This document shows, one piece after another, positions 10,692 through 20,019 of a stretch of 64,000 nucleotides of DNA (position 1 is the first letter of the stretch; every line of letters starts with the position of its first letter). A program made the position numbers and the translations under genes. The notes beneath the pieces were generated by a model. That model worked only from the letters and a program-made list of their open reading frames with translations, searched no databases and was not told the origin of the DNA. This stretch comes from an uncultured Acidimicrobiia bacterium (lineage in GTDB: Bacteria; Actinomycetota; Acidimicrobiia; Spongiisociales; DATADW01). Where the stretch lies: NCBI GenBank assembly GCA_963826825.1, contig CAWGYV010000009.1:151036-215035 (forward strand), in the 5' to 3' direction.

Positions 10692-11008
10692 CGGTCCTCC
10701 CGGTCTCGCATCGAGATCTCTTCTGCCAGACGTCCCAGTCGTTCGTCCCAGTCATGCGCCGTTCTGTCGAGCCATCTCTCGACCTCGGCCAGCCCGGCTC
10801 GTTCCATCGAGTAGATGCGTCGCTGCGCCTCGCGCCGATAGCTCACCAGCCCGGCCTGGCGGAGGACACGAAGGTGGCGGGAGACCGCAGGCTGCGACAG
10901 CCCCGGGAACGCCGCCACCAGGCTCCCCGCGGTCCGGTCACCGGATGCAAGCAACTCGAGCAAGCGGCGGCGGGTGGCGTCCGCCAAGGCCGAGAACTGA
11001 TCTGTCAC
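10688..11008 (-). CDS. ArsR/SmtB-family transcriptional regulator
   Basis: Intact 106-aa ORF with ALADATRRRLLELL...SQPAVSRHLRVLRQAGLV. Confidence 0.85.
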   Translation of the reverse strand: MTDQFSALADATRRRLLELLASGDRTAGSLVAAFPGLSQPAVSRHLRVLRQAGLVSYRREAQRRIYSMERAGLAEVERWLDRTAHDWDERLGRLAEEISMRDREDR

Positions 11009-11026
11009 CCGTGCAGTTTATCGATG

Positions 11027-11044
11027 TCTTGTTATATAACAAGA
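11027..11044. promoter_or_regulatory. 18-bp perfect AT-rich palindrome, candidate ArsR operator
   Basis: TCTTGTTATATAACAAGA lies 19 nt upstream of the arsR start, in an otherwise GC-rich region. Confidence 0.55.
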
Positions 11045-11051
11045 TGAAGAA

Positions 11052-12233
11052 CTAAAGGACGTCGGTGGGTCGCGGCACGAAGTCCCGGTCGAGCCGGAAA
11101 GGGTTGTCATCGATCCGGCCGGTGATGAGGTCGACCAGGTGACGGCTCCCCGCCGGACCCCCCATGATTCCATGACCGCTGTAACCGCAATTCGTCCACA
11201 GCCCGGGCACAGCGGTTTCGCCAAGGAGGGGTCGGTGGTCGGGTGTCATGTCGTACTGCCCGGACTGGACCATCCATGACACCGAGCCATCCCGCCAGGC
11301 ATCTGCCCAGAATGGAGCAACCTTGGCCAGGGACACCGGGCTCGACGGGTCGAGCAGCCGGAAGGCGAAGGCGGCGTCAGGTGGCACGTCTTCCAGCGGC
11401 GGTCCGGGTGGGGTGGATGGGTCGGTGTGGAGCAGGTAGGCGCCCGCCAGGGCAGGGCGCCAATGGGCACCGGTGTCGTCGTCGATCGTCATCGGCGCCC
11501 ACTGCGGGACTGCCGGTAGATCGGGGACGACGACCTTGTGCCTGATCACCGCCTCGAGCGGCAGGTCGACGCCGGCCATCGCTGCCACCACACCGGAGAA
11601 CGGCCCGGCGGCGATCACAACGGTCTTCGCCGACAAGGTGCCCATCGACGTCTCAACAGCGGTGATCCCTTCGCCGGTCACACCGAATCCGGTCACCTCG
11701 CACGAGACCACCACATCGGCGCCGGATCCCTCGATGAGCCCGAGCGCCAACTGTCTCGGGTCGAGGAAGCCGTCACCGCCTCGGAAACGTGCCTGGAGGA
11801 CATCTGAGCCGACGAAAGGGAAGCGGGAACGGACCTCGTCGCCCCCGAGCAACTCGATGTCCGTCTGCCCCCAGCTGTGCTGTAGCTCGACCAGCCGGCG
11901 TTGCTCCTCCATCCGCTCCGGCGACGTCGTTGCCCACAGATAGCCCTGGCGGCGAACCATCGGGTCGTAGCGGCGCTGGCCGGTCACCTCGGCGAAGTCA
12001 TCGAGCAAGGCCACCGTCTCGCGGACCAGATCCATCTCCTCTCGGTTGTCGAACTGGAGACGGAAGGCTCCGGTGCTGGCCGCGGTGGTGTGGGTCACGG
12101 GTGCCGGGCGGCGCTCGAGGATCACGGGGTGGATGCCTGCACCTGCAGCGTGGAAGGCGGTGGACGCACCGGCGATGCCCCCGCCGACGATGACTATCTC
12201 GGCGGTACGGGGGAGAGCAGCTGTGATCTGCAC
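11052..12233 (-). CDS. FAD-dependent oxidoreductase (DAO family, sarcosine/glycine-oxidase-like)
   Basis: Intact 393-aa ORF with the dinucleotide fold IVIVGGGIAGASTAFHAA and a C-terminal GYSGHGIMGGP. Confidence 0.8.
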   Translation of the reverse strand: MQITAALPRTAEIVIVGGGIAGASTAFHAAGAGIHPVILERRPAPVTHTTAASTGAFRLQFDNREEMDLVRETVALLDDFAEVTGQRRYDPMVRRQGYLWATTSPERMEEQRRLVELQHSWGQTDIELLGGDEVRSRFPFVGSDVLQARFRGGDGFLDPRQLALGLIEGSGADVVVSCEVTGFGVTGEGITAVETSMGTLSAKTVVIAAGPFSGVVAAMAGVDLPLEAVIRHKVVVPDLPAVPQWAPMTIDDDTGAHWRPALAGAYLLHTDPSTPPGPPLEDVPPDAAFAFRLLDPSSPVSLAKVAPFWADAWRDGSVSWMVQSGQYDMTPDHRPLLGETAVPGLWTNCGYSGHGIMGGPAGSRHLVDLITGRIDDNPFRLDRDFVPRPTDVL

Positions 12234-12243
12234 GGACGGCCTT

Positions 12244-13215
12244 TCAGCTCCAGTCGAGCATGGAACGCGCCGCCCAATAGATCTCGGGGCTCATTGCCAG
12301 CGGTTGCAACGATTCGACCTCGCCCGGCGAGAGGCGCACGCCGACCGCCTCGAGGTTGGAACGGAGTTGGCCGGGGGTCACCGCACCGGATAGCACCATG
12401 TCCACCCACGGTTGGATCAAGATGGCGGCGATAGCGACAGCGTCCGCTCCCACTCCGTGATTCCGGGCCACCTCGGCGATCTCGGGCGGCGCCGTCTCGC
12501 CGACCAGCCTGCCGTTGGCGAGTGCTTCCTTGACCATCACCCCCCAGCCTGCCTGGTGCGCCGCTTCGAGGGCGGACCCCGCCGAGGTCTCGAGGACGTT
12601 CCACGTCGCCTGAACCTGCTGAAACGGGTTGACCCCATCCACCTCGGCCGCCAACGCCCGCTCCACCGCCTCCGCCTGTCTGGGCCCGCTGGTGGTGAGC
12701 CCAATCACCACACCCTCTTCCTCGTTGATCCGGACGAGTTCGGCGAGAACAGCCTGATCCTCGAGCACGCCGGTGTCGAGCGTGGCCGAGTGGATCTGGT
12801 ATAGGCGGAGGCTGCCCCCCAGCAGTCGCCGGCTCTCCGCCCATTGCTCCTGCAGGGCGGTCAGCGAATGGTCCTTCACCTCGTGGACGGGGGCGTCCAT
12901 CTGCCAATCACCGACGTAGCGGTAACCCCACTTGGAGCCGATGGTGAGGTCGCTGGACCGATGGTCCTCGAGCCATCCCGCCAGGAACTGCTCGGCCAGC
13001 CCATAGGAGCGGGCCACGTCGACGTACCCCAGTCCGAGCGCCGCGGCGAGGTCGAGCATCCGGTTGGTCTGCTCGCTCATGGCGTCCTCGGTGCGATGCG
13101 TCCCCAGGTCGCCAGAGCGGTGGGGTGTTATGTATGCGGGCCGGCCCAGCGCAGCCAGCCCAAGCCCGATTGGCGTGACCGAGAGCCCAGTGGATCCCAG
13201 GGGTCGTCGTTCCAC
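12244..13215 (-). CDS. aldo/keto reductase
   Basis: Intact 323-aa ORF containing MERRPLGSTGLSVTPIGLG, DVARSYG and LYQIHS. Confidence 0.85.
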   Translation of the reverse strand: MERRPLGSTGLSVTPIGLGLAALGRPAYITPHRSGDLGTHRTEDAMSEQTNRMLDLAAALGLGYVDVARSYGLAEQFLAGWLEDHRSSDLTIGSKWGYRYVGDWQMDAPVHEVKDHSLTALQEQWAESRRLLGGSLRLYQIHSATLDTGVLEDQAVLAELVRINEEEGVVIGLTTSGPRQAEAVERALAAEVDGVNPFQQVQATWNVLETSAGSALEAAHQAGWGVMVKEALANGRLVGETAPPEIAEVARNHGVGADAVAIAAILIQPWVDMVLSGAVTPGQLRSNLEAVGVRLSPGEVESLQPLAMSPEIYWAARSMLDWS

Positions 13216-13244
13216 CGCGGCGAGTCAAGCATCTCGCAATTCCA

Positions 13245-14090
13245 TCACCGGTCGGCCGGAGACCTGGCTCGCGAACGCGCCAACAGCTCTGGTGGGATGC
13301 GAGGTTTGTCCTTCGGCGTGTCGGTTGGCGACGCCGGCTCATTGGCGGCCCGGGCGCGGGACCGTTCGAGCAGTTCTGGCGGTATGCGCGGTTTGGCGGG
13401 CGACTCGCCGGCATCGGTGGCCTCTTCCGGCCCGGCGGGCGCCGTGGAGGGTCTGGCGCGGGTTCGCTCGAGCAGCTCGGGTGGGATGCGGTTCTTGGCC
13501 GGGGCCTGGGGCGTCTCGGCGACCTCTGCACCGGTTGGCGAGTCGACCGGCACCACCCGGCGCGACGTCGGCCCCCCGGCCTTGATCACTCTGAGCACGA
13601 TCAGGCCGATCACCGCGGTCAACGTCGTGGCGTACATGACCACCATCACGGGGTGCCCCGTATCGGTGCCGGCGGTGATCCCATGGAGCGCGGCCGCCAG
13701 GAAGCAGCCAAAGGTGGCGAAGTGGAGGGTGCGCCAGGCGCGCTGGCCGATCCGATGGCGCAGGTAGAACGATGGTGTGATCACCGCCAGTGCCCAGAAC
13801 GCCACGACGCCCAGGGCGACGGGAACCGGTCGGAAGGTCGAGGCGCCCGGGATCAACAGGTGGCGCAGGTCGAAATCGATGAACTCCTCCAGCCAGAGAC
13901 TCACCATGTGGACGAGAGTCGCTGCCACGGCTGCCAGCGACAACGACTCGTGTACCCAGGTGAGATCGCGGGCCGACGCCGAGCGGTCGAGCACCTTGCT
14001 GGCGAGCAGCAGCCCCCAGATGGTCGCAGCCGAGAGCAACAAGTAGGCGGCGACCCCCGAGCCGCGCGCCAGCATCCAGATCGGGTTCAT
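13245..14090 (-). CDS. ferric-reductase-like transmembrane domain protein (MsrQ/FRD-type) with a repeat-bearing C-terminal tail
   Basis: I prefer the ATG at 14090 (MNPIWMLARGSGVAAYLLL...) because it overlaps the ApbE stop as ATGA. It has multi-TM segments with conserved His (WVHESLS, TLHF, ALHGI). The tail carries three K(P/N)RIPPELLER(S/T)RAR repeats. Confidence 0.75.
   Translation of the reverse strand: MNPIWMLARGSGVAAYLLLSAATIWGLLLASKVLDRSASARDLTWVHESLSLAAVAATLVHMVSLWLEEFIDFDLRHLLIPGASTFRPVPVALGVVAFWALAVITPSFYLRHRIGQRAWRTLHFATFGCFLAAALHGITAGTDTGHPVMVVMYATTLTAVIGLIVLRVIKAGGPTSRRVVPVDSPTGAEVAETPQAPAKNRIPPELLERTRARPSTAPAGPEEATDAGESPAKPRIPPELLERSRARAANEPASPTDTPKDKPRIPPELLARSRARSPADR
13263..13496 (-). 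repeat. three in-frame copies of a 15-aa motif (KPRIPPELLERSRAR) at about 93-nt spacing in the FRD-protein tail
   Basis: Copies lie at 13263-13307, 13350-13394 and 13452-13496, separated by Pro/Ala/Ser-rich linkers. Confidence 0.8.
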
Positions 14091-14917
14091 GCCGCCACCT
14101 CCAACCCCGAGGTGGCGAAAACCGATCCGTCCCACCAAACAACCAGACCGGCACGCACCCAGCTCTGCTCCTCAGCCCACTCCAGCGAGTCGACACCGGA
14201 GAGGAGCATGGCCTTGGCGGCCGCCTCCGCCTCGACCGCGGTGGCGGCGATCGCAGTGGCCGACTGGACGGGCGACTCGACCGGCTCGCCGGTTCTCGGG
14301 TCGACCAGATGGCTCGCCGTGCGGTCCCCTGCCCGCCACCGGCGCCGGGTGGTCGAGCTGGTGGCCAGGGCCCCTCGCCCAACCCTCACCATGGCAGCGG
14401 CCGATCCGTCTGGGTGGAGGACCTCTACCCGCAGGTCGGGATGATCGGAGCGGAGGTCGCCACCGGCGTTGACCACGGTCGCCAGGCCTGCCTCCACGGC
14501 ACGGTCACAGGTCCATCCTTTGGCCACCCCGCCGAGATCCAGCCGCGTCCCCTCGCTTCTCCATACAGCTCCTGCACCCAGAGTCCAAGAGCCGGCCGGC
14601 ACCGGTCCGGGGTTCGCCTCGGTGTCGGTGACCAGCTCGAAGCTGCGGTCGTACCCCCAGGCTTCGACTGCGGCGCCGATGGACGGGTCGACGAGCCCAT
14701 TGGTCCTGATGCGGGCTTCATCAGCCGCGGTGAGGACGGTGTGGAGGAGTGGTGAGACAGCCGTCCACCCTGAGTGGCTGCGGTTGAGGCGCGACAGCTC
14801 GCTGTCTTGGCGGAACCGGCTGCACACATCCTCCACCTGCTCGAACCAGACAGCGACCTGGTCGGCGCTGCCGCCGTGAACCCATACGTTGGTGCCCATG
14901 GCCCGAAACGAGGTCAT
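14087..14917 (-). CDS. apbE: FAD:protein FMN transferase (ApbE family), with no signal peptide or lipobox
   Basis: Intact 276-aa ORF that starts directly at the conserved MTSFRAMGT segment. It also has DLGGVAKGW and SHLVDPRTGEP. Confidence 0.8.
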   Translation of the reverse strand: MTSFRAMGTNVWVHGGSADQVAVWFEQVEDVCSRFRQDSELSRLNRSHSGWTAVSPLLHTVLTAADEARIRTNGLVDPSIGAAVEAWGYDRSFELVTDTEANPGPVPAGSWTLGAGAVWRSEGTRLDLGGVAKGWTCDRAVEAGLATVVNAGGDLRSDHPDLRVEVLHPDGSAAAMVRVGRGALATSSTTRRRWRAGDRTASHLVDPRTGEPVESPVQSATAIAATAVEAEAAAKAMLLSGVDSLEWAEEQSWVRAGLVVWWDGSVFATSGLEVAA

Positions 14918-15297
14918 GAGCCCGAGCTCTGGGTGCTTGGCGCCGGTGCCGGGGCGGGTGCGGGAACGGGCGTCGGGGCCGGCGCCGGTGCCGGCGCTGG
15001 GGTGATCGATTCCTCGCTGTCCGCTCGTTCTGAGGTCGGTGCCTTCGGCTCCTCGTGGCGGATGACGACCAGCCCCTTCGCCGGTGCCTTGGGGAGGGGC
15101 GCCGCCCGTACGAGGGAGGTCGTGACCGTTGTGACGACCGGCTCGGGCTTGGGTGCTGGCTCGTCGGCCGAGGCGAGACGCGCCATCCCGGCGGCTGTGG
15201 CGGCGACGGCAGCAGCAGCCCAGGCAATGATCCGGGTGACCCTGCCCGGGTGGAGCCGGGTGGCCGCGGCTGATCGACTCCTTGGTCTGTCGGTCAT
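14914..15297 (-). CDS. single-pass membrane protein with a Pro-Ala repeat tail
   Basis: 127-aa ORF with a TM segment (IIAWAAAAVAATAAGMA) and the tail PAPAPAPAPTPVPAPAPAPAP. Its start and stop overlap the neighbouring genes by 4 nt. Confidence 0.55.
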   Translation of the reverse strand: MTDRPRSRSAAATRLHPGRVTRIIAWAAAAVAATAAGMARLASADEPAPKPEPVVTTVTTSLVRAAPLPKAPAKGLVVIRHEEPKAPTSERADSEESITPAPAPAPAPTPVPAPAPAPAPSTQSSGS

Positions 15298-15644
15298 TTG
15301 CCCACCGTCAGTGCGGTCTGTTCGGCTCGGAGCACCGCAACTACGGAGTCGGGGATGCGCCGTAGCTGAGCCGGTGCGACGACACGGCTCGCCCCGCTCT
15401 CGGCGAGCACCCGCTGCACGGCGGCGTCCAGCCCGGAGACGCGTGGCTGGCCGGCCGCTGACGGCTGGGCCACGGTCGTTTGAGGTGCGGAGCCCGCCGT
15501 CGAAGGAGGGGTGGACGTGGCGGGCTTTACCGCACCTCCCACGGTGAACAGCAGCACCGCGAGCGAAGCCGCAGTCACCATGAAGGGGACGACCAGTCGC
15601 CTCAACAAGCCGTGGCCCGACTTGGCCGAATCAGTCATCGTCAT
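15294..15644 (-). CDS. small single-pass membrane protein carrying an SGAS motif (candidate flavinylation site)
   Basis: The ATG at 15644 or 15638 gives MTMTDSAKSGHGLLRRLVVPFMVTAASLAVLLFTVGG...VLAESGASRVV. The upstream part of track ORF 15294..15971 is Arg-rich and looks non-coding. Confidence 0.55.
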   Translation of the reverse strand: MTMTDSAKSGHGLLRRLVVPFMVTAASLAVLLFTVGGAVKPATSTPPSTAGSAPQTTVAQPSAAGQPRVSGLDAAVQRVLAESGASRVVAPAQLRRIPDSVVAVLRAEQTALTVGK

Positions 15645-16194
15645 CGTCCCAGTCGTCATCGTCCCAGTCGTCGTCATCGCTGTCGTCATCGCTGTCGTCA
15701 AGGTCGCTGTCGTCCCATTCGTCGTCGGAGTCATCATCCGAGTCGACCACCGGGGCCGCAGGCGCCTGAGACACAGCCGGCGCTGCTGCCACAACGGGCG
15801 CCGCCACCGTCTCGATGACGACCTCGGGTATGGGCTTGCTCGAACCGGGGAGCGGTTTCCCCCGCGCCTCGCAGATCGGGCGCAGAGCGGCGAGAGCCGC
15901 CTCTTCGATCTCGCTGGCCTTGCCGGCCCTGGCACGCTTGACCAGGGCCCTTCCATCCGCACCGCAGGCAAGCCGGTAGTCGCGGCCGCTGGCTGCTGCG
16001 GCGACGGTCTGTGGCGCCGCCGCCGTCTTCACCCCGGCGGGGGCTGCAACGGCCACCGGTTCCTGGTTCGCCGCGGCAGGTGCCGGGTCGTCTGGCGGTG
16101 CCGACAGCGCCACTGCCACCAGGGCGATGGCGGGCACCGTCACGGCCCCGATGATGAGCGAACGGGTCAATGCGCGTCGTGGTTTGGCTTCCAT
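15631..16194 (-). CDS. single-pass membrane protein with an extreme Asp/Trp-rich C-terminal tail
   Basis: I prefer the start MEAKPRRALTRSLIIGAVTVPAIALVAVAL. The protein ends in DSDDDSDDEWDDSDLDDSDDDSDDDDWDDDDWDDDDD. An alternative start lies at 16239. Confidence 0.6.
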   Translation of the reverse strand: MEAKPRRALTRSLIIGAVTVPAIALVAVALSAPPDDPAPAAANQEPVAVAAPAGVKTAAAPQTVAAAASGRDYRLACGADGRALVKRARAGKASEIEEAALAALRPICEARGKPLPGSSKPIPEVVIETVAAPVVAAAPAVSQAPAAPVVDSDDDSDDEWDDSDLDDSDDDSDDDDWDDDDWDDDDD

Positions 16195-16332
16195 GTTTCC
16201 CCTCGTCGACAGGCGCCATCGTCGGGGTCGCGAGGTCAAGACCTCATCAACGAGCGGTCAACGGAGTCAACAATCCCCCCGCTCCCCGAACCGATCGGAA
16301 GTACCGTCTTCGGGCTCCCCACGAGGATTCCG

Positions 16333-18087
16333 ATGATCCCGGTTCGCCGCTACTGGAAGCTGCTACGCGACTATCTCCGCCCACACCGGGCCGGGGTCGT
16401 CGTCCTTGCCTTCCTGGTCGCCGGCGGGATAGCCCTGCAGTTGGTCAACCCGCAGTTGATGGCGCAGATCATCGATGGTGCGGTTGCAGGTGATGATGCC
16501 TCCAGGCTGGTTGGTCTCGCCGTGCTCTTCATGGTCTTGGCGATGGCTCAACAGGGGCTCGGTTTGGCCGCCACCTGGGTCGGGCAGCGGATCGGGTGGG
16601 CGGCGACGAACGAGTTGCGCGCCGACCTGGCCGACCATTGCGTCAGGCTCGACCTCGCATTCCACAAGCAGCGAACTCCGGGCGAGCTGATCGAGAGGAT
16701 CGACGGGGACGTGACCGCCCTGTCGAACTTCTTCTCGCAATTCGCCGTCCATGTCGTCGGCAACATCGTCCTTCTGGTCGGGATCCTGGTGCTGCTCATG
16801 ATCGAGAGCCTGTGGATCGGTCTGGTGATGGTCGTTTTCGCCGCCGTCTCGATGTTCGCCACGCTCCGGGTCCACCATCTCGCCGTTCCGTGGTGGACCG
16901 GGTTCCGTGTCCGCAGCGCCGAGTTCTTCGGATTCGTCGGAGAGATCCTCGGTGGCACCGAGGAGGTGCGGGCCAACGGGGCCGCATCCTTCTTCATGGG
17001 CCGGCTCATCCGGATCCTCCGCTCCTGGCTCCCCGATCAGCTGCGCGCCGGGGCCGGGTGGTCGGCCCTTTGGTCGGCCAACGTATTCATCTTCGCCTTC
17101 AGCACCGCTCTCATCTACTGGATGGGGGAGCGCTTGTTCGGTGCGGGTGATCTCACCATCGGATCGGTCTATCTCGTCTTCACCTACGTGGAGTTGTTGC
17201 GGATGCCGATGGAGCGGATTCGGGACCAGATGGAGGACCTGCAGAAGGCAGGTGCCGGTATCAACAGGGTGGAAGATTTGTTCTCGGTGTCGACCAAGGT
17301 CGAGGATCTGGGAACTCACCACCTTCCCGCCGGCCCTCTATCGGTCAGGTTCGACCACGTCACCTTTGGCTACGACGACGAGGATGCCGGTGGAGGACCG
17401 GTGCTCGACGACGTCTCCTTCGAGGTCGGGAAGCAGGTCGTCCTCGGCGTGCTGGGACGAACCGGTAGCGGGAAAACCACGGTCGCCCGGTTGATCACAC
17501 GGTTGTACGACCCCGATCAAGGCTCCGTGGCGGTGGGTGGCGTGGCTCTGCCCGATGTCGAGGCGACTGATCTCCGGCGGCGGGTGAGGATGGTCAGCCA
17601 GGACGTACAGCTCTTCCACGCGACGCTGCGCGACAACCTCACGCTCTTCGCCCAATCGGTCGACGACGACCGGCTGCTCGGTGTCCTCTCCCAACTCGGC
17701 CTCGGCGACTGGACCATGGCCCTTCCGTCGGGTCTCGACACGGTCTTGCCACCTGGCGGGGGAGGATTGTCAGCGGGCGAGGGCCAGCTGCTCGCATTCG
17801 CCCGCGCCTTCCTCGCCGATCCCGGTTTGGTTGTGCTCGACGAAGCGTCATCGCGGCTCGACCCGGCAACCGAGCGGCTGATCGAACGCGCCGTCGACCA
17901 ACTACTCGATGGCCGCACCGGGATCATCATCGCCCACCGGCTCGCCACATTGGAGCGGGCCGACGAGATCATGATCGTCGATCGCGGCCGGGTTGTTGAG
18001 CACGGTCCGCGTGGCGAGCTCGCCGCCGATCCATCGAGCCGGTTCGCCCACTACCTCCGGGTCGGGCTGGAAGAGGTGCTGGCGTGA
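16333..18087 (+). CDS. ABC exporter, fused permease/ATPase subunit 1
   Basis: The ATG at 16333 ([21 protein letters not shown]) fits type-I exporter N-termini. It has Walker [10 protein letters not shown], signature LSAGEGQ and Walker B LVVLDEA. The upstream 270 aa of the track ORF is a GC-frame artefact. Confidence 0.85.
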   Translation: MIPVRRYWKLLRDYLRPHRAGVVVLAFLVAGGIALQLVNPQLMAQIIDGAVAGDDASRLVGLAVLFMVLAMAQQGLGLAATWVGQRIGWAATNELRADLADHCVRLDLAFHKQRTPGELIERIDGDVTALSNFFSQFAVHVVGNIVLLVGILVLLMIESLWIGLVMVVFAAVSMFATLRVHHLAVPWWTGFRVRSAEFFGFVGEILGGTEEVRANGAASFFMGRLIRILRSWLPDQLRAGAGWSALWSANVFIFAFSTALIYWMGERLFGAGDLTIGSVYLVFTYVELLRMPMERIRDQMEDLQKAGAGINRVEDLFSVSTKVEDLGTHHLPAGPLSVRFDHVTFGYDDEDAGGGPVLDDVSFEVGKQVVLGVLGRTGSGKTTVARLITRLYDPDQGSVAVGGVALPDVEATDLRRRVRMVSQDVQLFHATLRDNLTLFAQSVDDDRLLGVLSQLGLGDWTMALPSGLDTVLPPGGGGLSAGEGQLLAFARAFLADPGLVVLDEASSRLDPATERLIERAVDQLLDGRTGIIIAHRLATLERADEIMIVDRGRVVEHGPRGELAADPSSRFAHYLRVGLEEVLA

Positions 18088-19895
18088 CCGGCCGTCCGAT
18101 CCCGGCGGCAAGGGTCATGGCCCGGCTGATGCGGACCGAGCCGTGGCGCTATGCGGCCAACGTCACCCTCTGGGTGATCATCTACCTGGCGCCGATCGTG
18201 CCCGGGTTGCTCACCAAGTGGTTCTTCGACAACTTGACCGGGGATGCACCGGCTGGGCTCGACGTGCCCACGCTCATCGCACTGCTCCTCGGGTACGCGG
18301 TCTTCCGGGTGGTGAACATCTTTGTCGCCATATGGAACGACGTGAACTTCCGCTTCCGCATGGCATCACGGCTCCGGATCAACATGATGAGCCGGATCCT
18401 CGAGCTGCCCGGTGCCACGGCGGTCCCCGGGTCGACCGGCGATGCCATCACCCGTTTCAGGGAGGACGTGGAGCAGATCGAGGAGACGGTGAGCTGGACG
18501 GTGGATGTCATCGGCTCGATCCTCTTCTCCACGGTCTCCTTGTGGGTGCTCGCCACGATCGATGCCCAGCTCACGCTTGTCGTGTTCGCCCCGCTCATCG
18601 TTGTCGTCGTCCTGGCGGAGCGGGCCGGCTCGATGGTGGAGCGAGCCCGCCGCCAGGCGCGTGACGCCACCGGCGAAGTCACCGGTGCCATCGGCGAGAT
18701 CTTCGGGGGAGTACAGGCGGTGAAGCTGGCGGGGGCCGAGGATCGTGTGGTCGGCCATCTCCGCCGGTTGAACCAGGGGCGTCTCAAGTTCATGGTGCGC
18801 GATCGGGTCCTCGAGGAGGGACTGGAAGCTCTCTTCTGGAACACGGTCAACCTCGGCACCGGCCTCGTGCTGTTGCTTTCGGCAGACAAGATCGGACAGC
18901 CCGGAGGGTTGACCGTGGGTGATTTCGCCCTGTTTGTCTACTTCATGGGTTTCATCACCGACAACGTCCATGTCCTCGGGTTGTTCATCGCCCGGTTCCG
19001 ACAGGCCCGGGTAGCAACCGACCTCATGACCGGATTGTTGGGTGGGGCCGCCCCCCAGCGGTTAGCGGAACCGGTAGACCTGCACCTCGACGACACCGAT
19101 CCGGTGATCACATCATCGCCTGCGGGTCCGCACGAGCGACTCACCCTTCTCGAGACGAGAGGCATCACCTATCGCCACCCCGACACCGGGCGTGGCATCA
19201 GTGAGGTGGACCTGACCATCCCGGCCGGGACCTTCACCGTGGTCGCAGGCAGGATCGGGTCTGGCAAGACGACCCTCCTCAGAGCGGTGCTGGGCCTCGT
19301 CGTGGCCGATGCGGGAGAAGTCCAGTGGAATGGGGCGCGAGTCATCGACCCCGGCGCGTTCATGGTTCCCCCTAGGGCCGCCTACACGCCCCAAGTGCCG
19401 CGCCTCTTCTCCATGACCCTCCGCGACAACCTGGATCTCGGGCTGGAACACGACGACACGCAGATCGCTGCCGCTCTGCGCACCGCGGTACTCGACGATG
19501 ACGTCGCCGACATGCCCGACGGCCTCGACACCAAGGTAGGCCCGCTCGGTGTCCGCCTCTCCGGGGGCCAAGTCCAGCGCGCCGCCACGGCCCGCGCCCT
19601 GCTGCGCCGCGCCGACCTGCTCGTGTTCGATGATCTCTCGTCTGCGCTCGACGTCGAGACCGAGCGGACCCTTTGGGCCCGGCTCTTCGCCGATCAAGAC
19701 GATGTCACCTGCCTAGTCGTGTCGCACCGCCGAGCGGCCCTGCGCCGTGCCGACCAAATAGTGCTCCTCGAGGAGGGAAGAGTGGCGGCGGTGGGCTCGC
19801 TCGACCACCTCCTGGCGACCAGCGATGTGATGCGCGCCATCTGGTCCGCCGATCAATCGAGCAGGGATACCGTGGAACTGGCGCCCGTCGCATAG
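18084..19895 (+). CDS. ABC exporter, fused permease/ATPase subunit 2
   Basis: The GTG start overlaps the upstream stop. It has Walker [10 protein letters not shown], signature LSGGQVQ and Walker B LLVFDD. Confidence 0.85.
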   Translation: MTGRPIPAARVMARLMRTEPWRYAANVTLWVIIYLAPIVPGLLTKWFFDNLTGDAPAGLDVPTLIALLLGYAVFRVVNIFVAIWNDVNFRFRMASRLRINMMSRILELPGATAVPGSTGDAITRFREDVEQIEETVSWTVDVIGSILFSTVSLWVLATIDAQLTLVVFAPLIVVVVLAERAGSMVERARRQARDATGEVTGAIGEIFGGVQAVKLAGAEDRVVGHLRRLNQGRLKFMVRDRVLEEGLEALFWNTVNLGTGLVLLLSADKIGQPGGLTVGDFALFVYFMGFITDNVHVLGLFIARFRQARVATDLMTGLLGGAAPQRLAEPVDLHLDDTDPVITSSPAGPHERLTLLETRGITYRHPDTGRGISEVDLTIPAGTFTVVAGRIGSGKTTLLRAVLGLVVADAGEVQWNGARVIDPGAFMVPPRAAYTPQVPRLFSMTLRDNLDLGLEHDDTQIAAALRTAVLDDDVADMPDGLDTKVGPLGVRLSGGQVQRAATARALLRRADLLVFDDLSSALDVETERTLWARLFADQDDVTCLVVSHRRAALRRADQIVLLEEGRVAAVGSLDHLLATSDVMRAIWSADQSSRDTVELAPVA

Positions 19896-19904
19896 ACGGC
19901 AGAG

Positions 19905-19932
19905 CGTCCGCCGTCCGCCGTCTGCCGTCTCG
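19905..19932. repeat. degenerate heptanucleotide tandem repeat: (CGTCCGC)2 CGTCTGC CGTCTCG
   Basis: It lies directly after the ABC gene stop. ACGGCAGA (19896-19903) pairs with TCTGCCGT inside the tract. The unit is the same as at 23149-23211. Confidence 0.7.
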
Positions 19933-19979
19933 TCTTCAGCCCGTCAACCTTTGTCTTGCACTACGAACAACTCCACATT

Positions 19980-20009
19980 TTGACAACCTAAAACCCTGCC
20001 CTCTAGGGT
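19980..20009 (+). promoter_or_regulatory. candidate sigma-70-type promoter: TTGACA, 18-nt spacer, TAGGGT
   Basis: The hexamers lie at 19980-19985 and 20004-20009, 10 nt upstream of the GTG at 20020, implying a very short leader. The spacer carries ACCCT...AGGGT dyad symmetry. Confidence 0.4.
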
Positions 20010-20019
20010 CGAAAATCCC

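Noticed and set aside
15511-16332. The upstream 270 codons of the 858-aa ABC transporter ORF.
   Set aside because: This part runs antisense to the membrane-protein genes of the ApbE operon and has no transporter similarity. The transporter N-terminus begins convincingly at the ATG at 16333.
19981-19992. An IdeR/DtxR iron-box half-site (AACCTAA) in front of the DtxR-family gene.
   Set aside because: Only one half-site is recognisable and there is no matching TTAGGTT partner at the right spacing. It is reported only as dyad symmetry within the promoter candidate.
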